NCBI GenBank assembly: GCA_048571215.1
Contig: CP182352.1
Coordinates: 896,001-960,000 of the forward strand
Length of the DNA: 64,000 nucleotides
Source: Halarcobacter sp.
GTDB taxonomy: Bacteria > Campylobacterota > Campylobacteria > Campylobacterales > Arcobacteraceae
Direction: 5' to 3'
The translations under genes and the position numbers were made by a program. How positions within the stretch are numbered: position 1 is the first letter of the stretch; every line of letters begins with the position of its first letter. Positions 51,036 through 61,295 of the stretch are shown here, piece after piece. The notes beneath the pieces were generated by a model. The model made no database searches and was not told the origin of the DNA. It saw only the letters and a list, made by a program, of their open reading frames with translations.

Positions 51036-51725
51036 ATGAAAGAAAAAATTTATTTAATTCCCGGACTTATGACAGATCAAAGACTTTGGTCAAGATTAGA
51101 TACATATTTAGAAGAGTTTGATTTAGTACATTTACCTATACCAAAGAGTGAACATTTTGATGAGATAATTGAGATTATAGATGATCAAATTGAAGATGAT
51201 AAAATCAATCTATTAGGTTTCTCTTTAGGTGGTTATATCGCTTCTTATTATACTTTAAAGAAATTAGATAGAGTAAAAAAACTATTTTTATTGAGTTCAA
51301 CTCCATCTAATACTGAGCAAAAAGATATTCCAAGAAGAGAAAAAAAACTTCAAGAGGCAAAAAAAAGTGATTCTATTTTATTGGATGAAAACAAAGCTTT
51401 AGATTTACTTGAGATAAAAGATGATGAAGAGCTAGTACAAATAACTTGTTCTATGTTTAACGACTTAGGGAATGAATACTTTGTTCCTCAACTAGCTTTA
51501 ACCTTAAAAAGAGCAGATCTTATGGATGATTTATATAAGTTAAATATACCAGTAAAGTTTTATTATAGTACTAAAGATCGACTTCTAAATCATGATTTAA
51601 TATCTAAAATAAAACAAATAAAACATAACTTTGATTTAGTTTCAAGGGAGGGGATTAGTCACAATATTTCATTAGAATTCCCAAAAGATTTAAGTTTTGA
51701 GATTAAAGAGTGGATGAAAACATAA
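51036..51725 (+). CDS. Alpha/beta hydrolase
   Basis: PGLMTD..LW and GFSLGG. Confidence 0.9.
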   Translation: MKEKIYLIPGLMTDQRLWSRLDTYLEEFDLVHLPIPKSEHFDEIIEIIDDQIEDDKINLLGFSLGGYIASYYTLKKLDRVKKLFLLSSTPSNTEQKDIPRREKKLQEAKKSDSILLDENKALDLLEIKDDEELVQITCSMFNDLGNEYFVPQLALTLKRADLMDDLYKLNIPVKFYYSTKDRLLNHDLISKIKQIKHNFDLVSREGISHNISLEFPKDLSFEIKEWMKT

Positions 51726-51828
51726 AACAGTTTCATATTGTGAAACTCTAAAAAACTACTTCTTTTAGTAAATTTTTTATTAAAATCTATTGGAATATTA
51801 TATAAGAAATATTACAAAAGGAGTGAAA

Positions 51829-52389
51829 ATGTCGAAAAAATTATTGATTATTGCTGGAGATTTTGTAGAAGATTACGAACTTATGGTTCCTTTTCAGTGT
51901 TTGAAAATGTTAGGTCATGAAGTTGATGTTATTTGTCCAGATAAAAAAGCTGGTGAACAAATAAAAACTGCAATCCACGACTTTGAGGGTGATCAAACTT
52001 ATAGTGAGAAGCCTGGTCATAACTTTACTTTAAATGCTTCATTTGATGAAATTGATGAGAGTACTTATGATGCCTTAGTTATTCCAGGGGGTAGAGCGCC
52101 TGAGTATATAAGATTAAATCAAAGGGTTTTAGATATTGTAAAAGATTTTAATGGTAAAAACAAACCAATAGCTTCTATTTGTCATGGTATACAAGTTTTA
52201 GTTGCAGCAGGAATTGTAAAAGATAGAACTTGTTCTTGCTATCCTGCTTGTGCTCCCGATGTAAATATAAATGGTGGAACATGGGTTGATATTGGGGTTG
52301 AAGATGCTTATGTTGATGGAAACCTAGTAACAGCTGCAGCTTGGCCAGCACATCCAGCATGGCTTGCTAAATTTAATGAAATTTTATAA
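51829..52389 (+). CDS. DJ-1/PfpI family protein
   Basis: [16 protein letters not shown] and AWPAHP. Confidence 0.94.
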   Translation: MSKKLLIIAGDFVEDYELMVPFQCLKMLGHEVDVICPDKKAGEQIKTAIHDFEGDQTYSEKPGHNFTLNASFDEIDESTYDALVIPGGRAPEYIRLNQRVLDIVKDFNGKNKPIASICHGIQVLVAAGIVKDRTCSCYPACAPDVNINGGTWVDIGVEDAYVDGNLVTAAAWPAHPAWLAKFNEIL

Positions 52390-52412
52390 AATTCTTTGAT
52401 AGATAATTATTA

Positions 52413-52447
52413 ACTATAGAAGATATAATTTTTATATCTTCTATAGT
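52413..52447. terminator. 16-bp perfect hairpin between convergent genes
   Basis: ACTATAGAAGATATAA-TTT-TTATATCTTCTATAGT. Confidence 0.65.
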
Positions 52448-52491
52448 ATTATGCAAGAATAGAGGCTAAAGAGGGGACTTTTTTAGCAATT

Positions 52492-53226
52492 TTAGATTTT
52501 TGCATAGTTCAAAAGCTTAGAGTTTGTAATCCATCCTAAAACTTCACTATTTTTTGTTCCATCTTCAGTGATAAATACATCAGAACACAATTTATTCTCA
52601 TCCATTAATCTTTTTATTAAAGATAAATTATCAGTAGGTTTTGCTGTTTCAAAACTTTTAGTAGCATATGTTTTATAGTATTCTTCATTTAATAGCTGTT
52701 TAAGTGTAAGATCTTTCATTGAAGTACCATCCTTTGTATAATTTACAAGGAAATCATCAATTATACTTTTGTGAAGAATATATACTATTTTTGAGTCTTT
52801 GATAAAAGGGATTCTATTAATTTTATTATCTAATTTTTTTATGATATCATCTTTTAGTGAAAGAGTATCTTCATCTTTATTTTCATCAAGCGTAATATAT
52901 GATATCTTTGAAACTAAAGTCATTATATCTTCTGCTTTAGTCGATAGAAGTTTTTCTTGAGGTGTTAATTGTTTTATTAGAGATTCGTTTGTTTTTGCAG
53001 CAGTTTCAAAATTGTCTTTTGAAAAATAGTAAGCAATTACTGCACCGACCCAAGTACTAATAACAGGTAAGATAATTGTAAATAATTCTTTTACATCATC
53101 TGCATCTGTACTTTTAAATATAATAACTAAACTAAATAATACTATTATCCCCGAAGAGATAAAAACCAAATTTTTTGCAATAGCAAATCTATCATCCCCA
53201 CATTCAATATCTTTACTTGTACTCAT
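52492..53226 (-). CDS. 2-TM protein with CBS-like C-terminal domain
   Basis: Two TM helices (ILPVISTWVGAVIAYYFS), AEDIMT and DVFITEDG....VLGWITN. Confidence 0.7.
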   Translation of the reverse strand: MSTSKDIECGDDRFAIAKNLVFISSGIIVLFSLVIIFKSTDADDVKELFTIILPVISTWVGAVIAYYFSKDNFETAAKTNESLIKQLTPQEKLLSTKAEDIMTLVSKISYITLDENKDEDTLSLKDDIIKKLDNKINRIPFIKDSKIVYILHKSIIDDFLVNYTKDGTSMKDLTLKQLLNEEYYKTYATKSFETAKPTDNLSLIKRLMDENKLCSDVFITEDGTKNSEVLGWITNSKLLNYAKI

Positions 53227-53545
53227 TGTAACTCCTTCTATGAGACACTTATACCATATTGTGGTAAATCAAATTTATTAGCTTTTAATGCAACATGAAA
53301 CTTGCAAGAAATTTATTTAATACTTCATTTCCTTTATTTAAGACTGTGTTTTTAACTTACGGCTTTGTATTCTCAAGGTTATTCACCTTTTGGAATAAAT
53401 TTTAAAGAAATACTATAATCATAGTTTTACTTTATCATATAGTAACATATTTAATTATAAAATGGAATAAAAAATAATGTCATTAATTGGTATTATTGAA
53501 AACTGTTTATTCAAACTAAAACTAAAAATTATAAAAAATCCGATC

Positions 53546-53607
53546 ACAGTTGCATCTTGGCAAGTTTATCCCCAATCTTTTGCTAAATTTAATGAAATTT
53601 TATAAAA
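53546..53607 (+). repeat. Direct repeat of the pfpI-like gene 3' end (52330-52391)
   Basis: 28 bp identical (TTGCTAAATTTAATGAAATTTTATAAAA) plus a degenerate upstream match. Confidence 0.8.
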
Positions 53608-53649
53608 ACTTATGCAAGACTAAGTAATTAGTTTTGCATAGGGGCTTTT

Positions 53650-54381
53650 ATGTCTGAATTAAAATCTTTGACAAAGGGTTTGCAAGTTTATAAAGAGATT
53701 GTAAATTATGGTAAACCTATTTTAGCTATTACTTTATGTGAAAGACTAGGTATAAATAAAAGTACCATGTCTAGAATCCTACAAACATTAAAAGATGAAA
53801 ACTATATAAGTTATATAGAAAATACAAATGAGATTATTCCCAATAGTTTAGAAAAAGAAACAACAAAAAAAACAAAAATACAACTACTTGTAGAAAGAAC
53901 AAAACCTTTACTTGAACAGATACATAAAAAGACAAATGAGTGCTCATATTTAGGTATCTTTACCAACAATAAAGTACTTTATTTAAACCAAATTGATAAC
54001 TCATCAAGAAAGGTAAAAACTAGAAATAGTATAGGCTTACAAGCCCCTGCACATACAAATGCCTTGGGAAAATCTATTTTGGCTTTTGGAAATTATGATT
54101 TAGATAGTTTAAAATTAAACTACTATACCCATAATACAATAACAAATATACACGAGCTCAAAAATAGCCTTGAAGAGGTTTTAAAAAATGGCTATTCAAT
54201 TGATAATAGTGAATATGAAGATAATATGTGTTGTGTTGCAGTTCCCCTTTTCAATCATGAAAATATACTTATAGGCTCAGTTGGTATCTCCGGAAGTAAA
54301 AATAGATTAAGTGTTGAAAAATTAAAAAATCTAGGTATGGAAATATCAAAAATAGTAGATAATTATAAACTTATTTGTTAA
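53650..54381 (+). CDS. IclR-family regulator
   Basis: KSL.KGL, HTH, H.NALGK.ILA and GYSID..E....CVAVP. Confidence 0.93.
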   Translation: MSELKSLTKGLQVYKEIVNYGKPILAITLCERLGINKSTMSRILQTLKDENYISYIENTNEIIPNSLEKETTKKTKIQLLVERTKPLLEQIHKKTNECSYLGIFTNNKVLYLNQIDNSSRKVKTRNSIGLQAPAHTNALGKSILAFGNYDLDSLKLNYYTHNTITNIHELKNSLEEVLKNGYSIDNSEYEDNMCCVAVPLFNHENILIGSVGISGSKNRLSVEKLKNLGMEISKIVDNYKLIC

Positions 54382-54431
54382 TCTTTTTTTAAATTAATTC
54401 TAATAATATAAACTATTATAAAGGATAAATC

Positions 54432-55544
54432 ATGCTAAAACTTATCATTATATTATTTTTACCAATAGTACTTTTTTGCCAATCTATTTTAGAGTTTGAA
54501 AATGAAGGGATGAATATAAAAGTTGAAAAACTAGCTTCAAATCTTGGAGTTATTTGGGGGATGACCTTTGTAGATAAAAATAGATTACTCTTCACTACAA
54601 GAGATGGGAAATTTGGATTATTTGATACTAAAACTAAAAAGTTCAAGTACTTAGATAGTCCTTTAAAGGTTTTTGCAAAGGGTCAAGGTGGACTTCTAGA
54701 TGTTCAAACCTCCCCTTATTTTAAAGAAGATAATACAATCTACTTTACTTATGTAAAAACTATTAATGGTTATGGGGCAACTACCCTTGCAAAAGGAAAA
54801 TTTGTAAAAGATAAACTTACAAATATAGAAGATATTTTAGTAACAGATTCAAGAACAGATACAACTAGACATTTTGGAAGTAGAATAACTTTTGATGAGG
54901 ATGATCATATATATTTTTCTATTGGGGATAGGGGAGTTAGACCAAATGCACAGAACCTAAATAATCATGCTGGTTCAATTATAAGACTAAATCTAGATGG
55001 AACTGTACCAAGCAATAACCCTTTTATAAACAAAAAAAATGCCAAAATAGAGATATATAGTTTTGGACATAGAAATCCTCAAGGTTTGTATTATGATAAG
55101 TTGAATAAAAAACTTGTAAGTTGTGAGCATGGACCAAGGGGTGGTGATGAGATTAATATTGTAGAAAAAGGTTTAAACTATGGTTGGCCTACAATATCTT
55201 ATGGTAGAGAGTATTGGAATCCTTTAGCAGTTGGGAAAGGTACACACAAAGAGGGGATGGAACAACCAATACATATTTATGATCCTTCTATTGCACCTAG
55301 TTCACTTCTTGTATACAAAGGTAAAGAGTTTAAAAAGTGGAATGGAAACTATTTTTTAGGGGCATTAAAATTAACTCATCTGAATCGTATAGTATTAAAC
55401 AATAGGGGTGAAGTTATAAAAGAACAAAGATTATTAAAAACACTAAATGAAAGAATTAGAAATATTATACAAGATAAAGAAGGAAAACTTTACCTCTCTA
55501 CAGATAGTGGAAATATATATTTGCTATCACTAAAAGAGAGGTAA
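54432..55544 (+). CDS. PQQ-dependent aldose sugar dehydrogenase (YliI-like)
   Basis: GQGGLLDV, HFGSR, GHRNPQG and EHGPRGGDEIN. Confidence 0.93.
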   Translation: MLKLIIILFLPIVLFCQSILEFENEGMNIKVEKLASNLGVIWGMTFVDKNRLLFTTRDGKFGLFDTKTKKFKYLDSPLKVFAKGQGGLLDVQTSPYFKEDNTIYFTYVKTINGYGATTLAKGKFVKDKLTNIEDILVTDSRTDTTRHFGSRITFDEDDHIYFSIGDRGVRPNAQNLNNHAGSIIRLNLDGTVPSNNPFINKKNAKIEIYSFGHRNPQGLYYDKLNKKLVSCEHGPRGGDEINIVEKGLNYGWPTISYGREYWNPLAVGKGTHKEGMEQPIHIYDPSIAPSSLLVYKGKEFKKWNGNYFLGALKLTHLNRIVLNNRGEVIKEQRLLKTLNERIRNIIQDKEGKLYLSTDSGNIYLLSLKER

Positions 55545-55553
55545 ATCAAATAA

Positions 55554-55754
55554 TTATTCAGTTTTTAAATTTTTAGGTGTACATTTTTTAGAGATGATAC
55601 ACAATGGACAAAAGTCTACAAGTCCTGCTATCAAAGGTATTACACCTAAATAAAACCATACTATTCCTGTAAAAAACCCAATAGCAATCAATACTAATCC
55701 TAAAACAATTCTAAAAGGTCTACAGAAAGCTCTTATTTTATCAAACTTATTCAT
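55554..55754 (-). CDS. DUF2892/YgaP-like membrane protein
   Basis: R.FRIVLG...G.IPL..G...FCPL. Confidence 0.85.
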   Translation of the reverse strand: MNKFDKIRAFCRPFRIVLGLVLIAIGFFTGIVWFYLGVIPLIAGLVDFCPLCIISKKCTPKNLKTE

Positions 55755-55916
55755 TATAACTATCCTTTATAATTTTTTCATAATTATAACTTATGAAACT
55801 TAGCTTTTTTTTAAAATTTAATATTAGAATTTCTTATACTATAAATAAAATATTTTTTAATGCTACGATTTATTGTTATACTTACAATCATAAATATTTA
55901 TTATAAAAGGAATTTG

Positions 55917-56219
55917 ATGGCTAATAAAAAAGATAATAGTGCAGATATTAAAAAACAGTTTGCACAAGTAATATTATATGCAAAAATAAGTGCAGGGATA
56001 TTTTTTGTACTTTTAACGCCAAGTATAGTTATGTTGATTAAGGATAAAACTGAGGTTTTTGGTCAAGACCAAGATTTTTGGTTTAGAGCTGGTATTGCTG
56101 GATTTATAATATATATGGGTTTTACTTTGTTTTTGTGGAAATGTCCTAGTTGTGGAAAATTTCCTGGCCGTGGGTGGTTTAGGAAAAATTGTCAAAGTTG
56201 TGGAGTTGAATTGAGTTAG
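55917..56219 (+). CDS. Membrane protein with C-terminal zinc ribbon
   Basis: 2 TM segments, CPSC...CQSC; start set after AAGGA. Confidence 0.75.
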   Translation: MANKKDNSADIKKQFAQVILYAKISAGIFFVLLTPSIVMLIKDKTEVFGQDQDFWFRAGIAGFIIYMGFTLFLWKCPSCGKFPGRGWFRKNCQSCGVELS

Positions 56220-56902
56220 AACTCAATTTTTTTCTCCACAAATATCTCTTCCAATGTAATATTTGATTGATAAACTAAAACTTCAACACCACTTTTTCTA
56301 GCTTCTAAAAATTTTTCATAATATTTTTTATCAATATTTTTTGCTATATCAAAAGCTAAGTTATCTGTTCTTTGGATTATATATAACATAACAGCTCTAT
56401 GTCCTTGTTTTACCATATCCATTAACTCTTCAAGATGTTTTAATCCTCTTGTTGTAACAGCATCTGGAAAGGCTAGAGTATCTTCAAGTTTTAAACTCAC
56501 ACTTTTTATCTCCACATAACATTTTTGTTCTTCATTTTCTAAAAGTATATCTATTCTAGAATTTTTACCATATTTTTGTTCAGGTTTAATTAAGCTATAA
56601 CCTTGAAGCTCTTTGATGATGCCATTTTCTATTGCTTCAATTGCAATCTTGTTTGCTACACCTGTATTTGTGCAGATTAGATTTTTACCAATTTTAGTTA
56701 GCTCTAAAGTGTATTTTAGTTTTCTTTTTGGATTATCATGAAAAGTTACCCATACAGGACAGTTTGCTTCAATACAACTAGTCATTGCTCCGCTGTTTGG
56801 AACATGGGCAGTTATCTCTTGCTGATCATCTAAGATTATATCAGCTAAAAATCTTTTATATCTTTTTATAAGTTTACCACTATAAAGTTTTTCAAATTTC
56901 AT
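56216..56902 (-). CDS. sfsA: SfsA nuclease-like protein
   Basis: KRYKRFLAD, H.PNSGAM, SRID, VEIKS and FPDAVT.RG.KHL. Confidence 0.95.
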   Translation of the reverse strand: MKFEKLYSGKLIKRYKRFLADIILDDQQEITAHVPNSGAMTSCIEANCPVWVTFHDNPKRKLKYTLELTKIGKNLICTNTGVANKIAIEAIENGIIKELQGYSLIKPEQKYGKNSRIDILLENEEQKCYVEIKSVSLKLEDTLAFPDAVTTRGLKHLEELMDMVKQGHRAVMLYIIQRTDNLAFDIAKNIDKKYYEKFLEARKSGVEVLVYQSNITLEEIFVEKKIEF

Positions 56903-56976
56903 TTAAACTCCTTATAGAGCTTTTATCAAAACTACACTTATAAAAAACTTGGAATAAAAATTGCATATAATTGTAA

Positions 56977-57378
56977 ATGAAAAAATTAAAAGAGTTCAAT
57001 AAAGAAAAACACCTACTTAATTATGAAAAAATGGATGATTTACATAAAGAGTTTTTAGATATTTATAATAGTGTAGATTTAAACTCCATAGAATCAATTA
57101 TAACAAAATCATATGAACTATTTGAACAAAGTAAAAGACACTTCAATGATGAAGAGATTTTAATGGAACAGCATAATTATTCAACCATGAAAGAACATAA
57201 AGATGAACATTCTAAAGTATTAGCTGAGATGGATTATTTCATTAAAAATTCTCAATCTATGTTTGGTAAAAAGATGTTAAAAGCTTATTATGTGGAAAAA
57301 CTACCTGATTGGTTTGATTTACATTTACTTAGTATGGATAGTGATTTAGCCTCTTTTTTAAAAAAGAGTGAAAACTAA
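56977..57378 (+). CDS. Hemerythrin-domain protein
   Basis: MD..H, HF..EE.LM, H...H and W...H...MD. Confidence 0.92.
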   Translation: MKKLKEFNKEKHLLNYEKMDDLHKEFLDIYNSVDLNSIESIITKSYELFEQSKRHFNDEEILMEQHNYSTMKEHKDEHSKVLAEMDYFIKNSQSMFGKKMLKAYYVEKLPDWFDLHLLSMDSDLASFLKKSEN

Positions 57379-57393
57379 TTTAAGGGGAGCTAT

Positions 57394-57582
57394 ATGGGGC
57401 TTTTTGAAGAGAAAATTAAACAAGATATTATGCAGACAATTTTTGCAGACAACTTAAAAATGTATGAGCTTATCGAGGGTAAGTTTGCCCTAAAAGATGA
57501 AGATAAACAAAAACTTTTAGAAAAAATCTCAAATTTTAATGGTGACTTAAATGAACTATTAAAAGATATAAAACTTTCATAG
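57394..57582 (+). CDS. Small hypothetical protein
   Basis: GGGGAG RBS; tight operon spacing. Confidence 0.75.
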   Translation: MGLFEEKIKQDIMQTIFADNLKMYELIEGKFALKDEDKQKLLEKISNFNGDLNELLKDIKLS

Positions 57583-57590
57583 GATATTAG

Positions 57591-58598
57591 ATGATAACAC
57601 CAGCAATAGGAACACAAGAACTTTATAAACAATTACAAACTTTAATAGACACGGATATACCTGTTTTTATACATGGAAGTCCAGGGATTGGTAAGTCATA
57701 TATAGTAAATGATATTGCAAAACAAAACGATTTGCAGATAATTGATGTAAGATTATCTCAACTTGATGCTGTTGACTTAAGGGGAATTCCTACCATTGCA
57801 AATGAGCAAACAAAATGGATGCCACCTGTTTTTTTACCAACAGATCAAAACTCAAAAGGGATACTTTTTTTAGATGAGTTAAATTCAGCTCCACTTTCAG
57901 TACAAGCTGCTATCTATCAGCTAGTACTTGATAGAAAAATTGGTGAATATACTATGCCAAAAGGGTGGAGAATAGTTTGTGCTGGTAATAAGATAAATGA
58001 CAAAGGTATTGTTTTTAAACTACCTAGTCCACTTATAAATAGAATGGTTCATATAGTACTTGAAGCTAAATATGATGATTTTAAAATTTGGGCTATAAAA
58101 AATGAGATACACCCTTTTATAATAGGTTTTTTAGGCTTTAGACCAGATTTATTAAGTACAGAAGTTCCAAGCTCAACAGAGACAAATCCTGCATTTTGTA
58201 CCCCAAGAGCTTGGAATATGTTATCAAATATCTTAAAACAAACAGAAGATATAAAGAGTATAAATCCCATTATTTATGGAAGTGTTGGATATGGAGCTGG
58301 TATTGAGTTTATCTCTTTTGTAAAGGTTTATAAAACTCTTCCAGATATTGATGCTATCTTAAGTGGAAACTCTGATATGGTTCCCCAAGAGCCAAGTGCT
58401 TTATATGCACTTTGTGCAGCAATAATTGAAAAGTATAGTGATACCAAACAAGCAAATAATCTTTTTGAGTATTGTAAAAAACTGCCAGTTGAGTTTAATG
58501 TGATGTTGATTAAGGACTTAATTGTAAAAGATGAAGATATAGCAGAACTTGATAGCTTTGATTCATGGATGGAGCAGTATGGACAATACATCATTTGA
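57591..58598 (+). CDS. MoxR-like AAA+ ATPase
   Basis: GSPGIGKS, LFLDELN, AGN and TPRAW. Confidence 0.92.
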   Translation: MITPAIGTQELYKQLQTLIDTDIPVFIHGSPGIGKSYIVNDIAKQNDLQIIDVRLSQLDAVDLRGIPTIANEQTKWMPPVFLPTDQNSKGILFLDELNSAPLSVQAAIYQLVLDRKIGEYTMPKGWRIVCAGNKINDKGIVFKLPSPLINRMVHIVLEAKYDDFKIWAIKNEIHPFIIGFLGFRPDLLSTEVPSSTETNPAFCTPRAWNMLSNILKQTEDIKSINPIIYGSVGYGAGIEFISFVKVYKTLPDIDAILSGNSDMVPQEPSALYALCAAIIEKYSDTKQANNLFEYCKKLPVEFNVMLIKDLIVKDEDIAELDSFDSWMEQYGQYII

Positions 58599-59808
58599 TG
58601 AACTTTTTCAAAAGATAAGAATAAATTTTTTATTTAATCATCCTTTTCTTTCAGTATTGGCACTATCTATCCCCACACAATTCGGGGAAAATGAAAATAG
58701 TGCCTTTCAAACAAATGGAAATAGAATAAATATTGATTTAAAAAAACTGCAAAAATATAGTGAAGATGAAATAACTTATCTTTATGCTCACACTCTTTTA
58801 CATGTCGTTTTAAAACACCCATATAGACAAAAAACACGGGAGAAAAAACTTTGGAATCAAGCTTGTGATTTGGTTATAAACTTAGTTATGTCAACTTTTT
58901 CAAATGTTGGTTCTATGCCAAATGATGAGGTTTTGGATAGTGATTTAGAACACAAGTGTGTTGAGGAGGTTTATGAGATTCTCCAAAAGCAAAAAGAGGA
59001 ACAAGAGAGTGAATCTTCACAAAATCAAGAGCAAAAAGATGAAGAGATAAAAACAAAACCAAACGAAAAAGGAAAACTAAAATCTTATATCTATGATGAT
59101 TCTAAATTAGATATTGAGGAGGTTGAAAATGAAAAAACTTCCCAAGGTGATAGGGAAAAGCTTGATGGTATTATTATTCAAGCTTTATCTATAGCAAAAA
59201 GAACTACAAATAAATACGCAGGTTTACAAATAGAAATAGATACCCTTATAAAACCAGAAATCTCACTGCAAGATACCTTAAAAGAGTACTTAATAGCCTC
59301 TTTATTTGAAAAAACAACAACATATAATAGACCAAATAAGAGGTTTATCCACAGTGGTTTATATCTTCCTGGAAATAAAAAAAGTGATGAACTTATAGAG
59401 GTATATATTGCCCTTGATAGTAGTTCTAGTGTAACACTTGATGAGTACAAAAAGTTTTTAGGTGTAGTAAAAGATGTGTGTGATGGTTTTTATGAATATA
59501 AAGTAACTGTTTTGCCCTTTGATATAAAGGTAAAAGAGAATCATATTATCAATTTTGATAGTTTTAATCCTTTAGTTGAGGATGATTTATTTATCCCTAA
59601 AAGTGATGGGGGAACTAATTTTGATGAGGTGCTTAGATATTTAAAAAAATCAAGTGATATAAAAAATGATAATCTACTTATGGTTTTAACTGATGGGGAG
59701 TTTGAATTAACAGAAACTTTAGTTTGCAATACTGTTTTTATTATTAGTGAGAAGAAAAATATACAAAGGTTTGAAAAATTTGGAAGAGTTATTCAATTTA
59801 ACCTATAA
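58579..59808 (+). CDS. DUF2201-type metallopeptidase-like plus vWA protein
   Basis: H(T)LLH...H..R, WN.ACD..IN, MIDAS DSSSS, GGT.F and TDG. Confidence 0.88.
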   Translation: MDNTSFDELFQKIRINFLFNHPFLSVLALSIPTQFGENENSAFQTNGNRINIDLKKLQKYSEDEITYLYAHTLLHVVLKHPYRQKTREKKLWNQACDLVINLVMSTFSNVGSMPNDEVLDSDLEHKCVEEVYEILQKQKEEQESESSQNQEQKDEEIKTKPNEKGKLKSYIYDDSKLDIEEVENEKTSQGDREKLDGIIIQALSIAKRTTNKYAGLQIEIDTLIKPEISLQDTLKEYLIASLFEKTTTYNRPNKRFIHSGLYLPGNKKSDELIEVYIALDSSSSVTLDEYKKFLGVVKDVCDGFYEYKVTVLPFDIKVKENHIINFDSFNPLVEDDLFIPKSDGGTNFDEVLRYLKKSSDIKNDNLLMVLTDGEFELTETLVCNTVFIISEKKNIQRFEKFGRVIQFNL

Positions 59809-60481
59809 AGAGGAAGTAGAACTTCTAAAAGATGAAGAAAATTTTGAAATCTTAGGTGATGAAAAATATTTAAATCATCCTGATATGGAGGCTAGACTCT
59901 ATTGGGCTTTTTGTAGACCCAATGGTTCAAGACAGGAGCAAATAGCAGATAGTGAACCTCTTGTATCTATAATGGCATTTAATCACTCAAAATTAAACCC
60001 TTTAAAAAGGTTTGAGTTACTACATAAAGATGTTATAGAAAAAGAAAATTTACGAGTAAAAATTAGAAATAGAACAAGAATGCTTTTTAGAAGTTTAATT
60101 GATGATGACTTTACTGAGTTAAATCAAGTACTAGATTTAGTTCCTGTATTTCTACCCGTAGCTATAGACCAACTAAAAAATGGAAGAAAATGGAATGACA
60201 TAAAAGCTTGTGAGATAGAAGCTACAAAATTCTTAAATCGAGCTAGTGAGTTTATAGATGAAGATTTTAAAACAGCATTATATATAAAGTTAGCAGATTT
60301 TGAAGAGATGGATAATAGTGAACTAAAAGAGCTTTTAGAAAAAACTATTGAAAAAAAAGATTCTATTCATAGGATAATTTTAGATTATTACAAAGAAAAG
60401 AGTATGGAGTGGATTGAGGATAGTGATTTACATATTTTGCAGAAAAAAGGGTTGGAGAAATTGGTAGCTAAGTTGGGTTAG
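59747..60481 (+). CDS. Hypothetical protein
   Basis: Long ORF overlapping the vWA gene end; start uncertain. Confidence 0.8.
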   Translation: MRRKIYKGLKNLEELFNLTYKEEVELLKDEENFEILGDEKYLNHPDMEARLYWAFCRPNGSRQEQIADSEPLVSIMAFNHSKLNPLKRFELLHKDVIEKENLRVKIRNRTRMLFRSLIDDDFTELNQVLDLVPVFLPVAIDQLKNGRKWNDIKACEIEATKFLNRASEFIDEDFKTALYIKLADFEEMDNSELKELLEKTIEKKDSIHRIILDYYKEKSMEWIEDSDLHILQKKGLEKLVAKLG

Positions 60482-60513
60482 TCAAGTTTTAGAGTGTTTT
60501 GGTGGGGTGGTAG

Positions 60514-60577
60514 TTATAACGTTGAGTTCTGCGGGAGCCGCGCTTTTTGCGGCTTCCGTAGAAACGATTTGTTAACT
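60514..60577 (-). repeat. attC site
   Basis: Minus strand AGTTAACAAATCGTTTCTACGGAAGCCGC-AAAAAGC-GCGGCTCCCGCAGAACTCAACGTTATAA. Confidence 0.92.
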
Positions 60578-60580
60578 TAA

Positions 60581-60952
60581 TTATTTTTCTTTTATAAAGT
60601 CCCTAATGGCCTTTTCAAAAGCTTTTAATATCTTCGGACGTTGCTTGTTGCTTACCAATCCTTTAGGTAATTTTTCAAACCACCTTTGCATTTCGCCATG
60701 GTCTCCACCGTATTTCCACAATTCACTTTCTGGTATCTTGGTGCTCGGCTGAATTTTTCGGTCAAAGTGCTCTTTGCAAGCTAGTAATTGTTCAACGCAA
60801 TGAAATTCAAATGTGAAACCGCATTCTTTGACAAAATAAACATCGTAGGGGTCAATTATTTTGTCTCTGCCTTCTGGCGGATTAATTCCTTCACCCCACA
60901 TTTTATTTTTGTGTTTTATCTCGTCATATTTTTCAATCCAATGCTTTGACAT
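60581..60952 (-). CDS. Cassette hypothetical protein
   Basis: Bounded by GTTAACT (61002-60996) and the matching AGTTAAC R'' box. Confidence 0.82.
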   Translation of the reverse strand: MSKHWIEKYDEIKHKNKMWGEGINPPEGRDKIIDPYDVYFVKECGFTFEFHCVEQLLACKEHFDRKIQPSTKIPESELWKYGGDHGEMQRWFEKLPKGLVSNKQRPKILKAFEKAIRDFIKEK

Positions 60953-60995
60953 TCATTTTCCAATTTTTTGGTTTAGTTGTTCATTCAGTTATTAA

Positions 60996-61105
60996 AGTTA
61001 ACTACTTATTGTAATACATTATATATAAATAATGTATAAATTCACATAATAATATAACACTTTTAATGTTAAGATATTAAATTAACTAAAATCCCTTAAA
61101 TAAGG
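60996..61105 (-). promoter_or_regulatory. attI platform copy with no adjacent integrase
   Basis: Minus strand CCTTATTTAAGG...TTTATATATAATGTATTACAATAAGTA-GTT; same motifs and same 103-nt spacing as 390-493. Confidence 0.75.
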
Positions 61106-61295
61106 CAATTTCAATAAAATATTCTATAATATATTTTAATAAGTGATGTTTTTTATCATTTTTTTATATATTTGATTTAGTTTTTAATGTTAGATTATCA
61201 CGGTATATCCTTAATATCTTAACATTTTGTATGACTATTGGATGAAAATCTTAATAGTTTAACAAAATGATAAATATATTATATTGTGATTGGCT

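Noticed and set aside
5441..59729. Many short antisense or nested ORFs in the track
   Set aside because: Shadows of well-supported genes on the opposite strand or in another frame.
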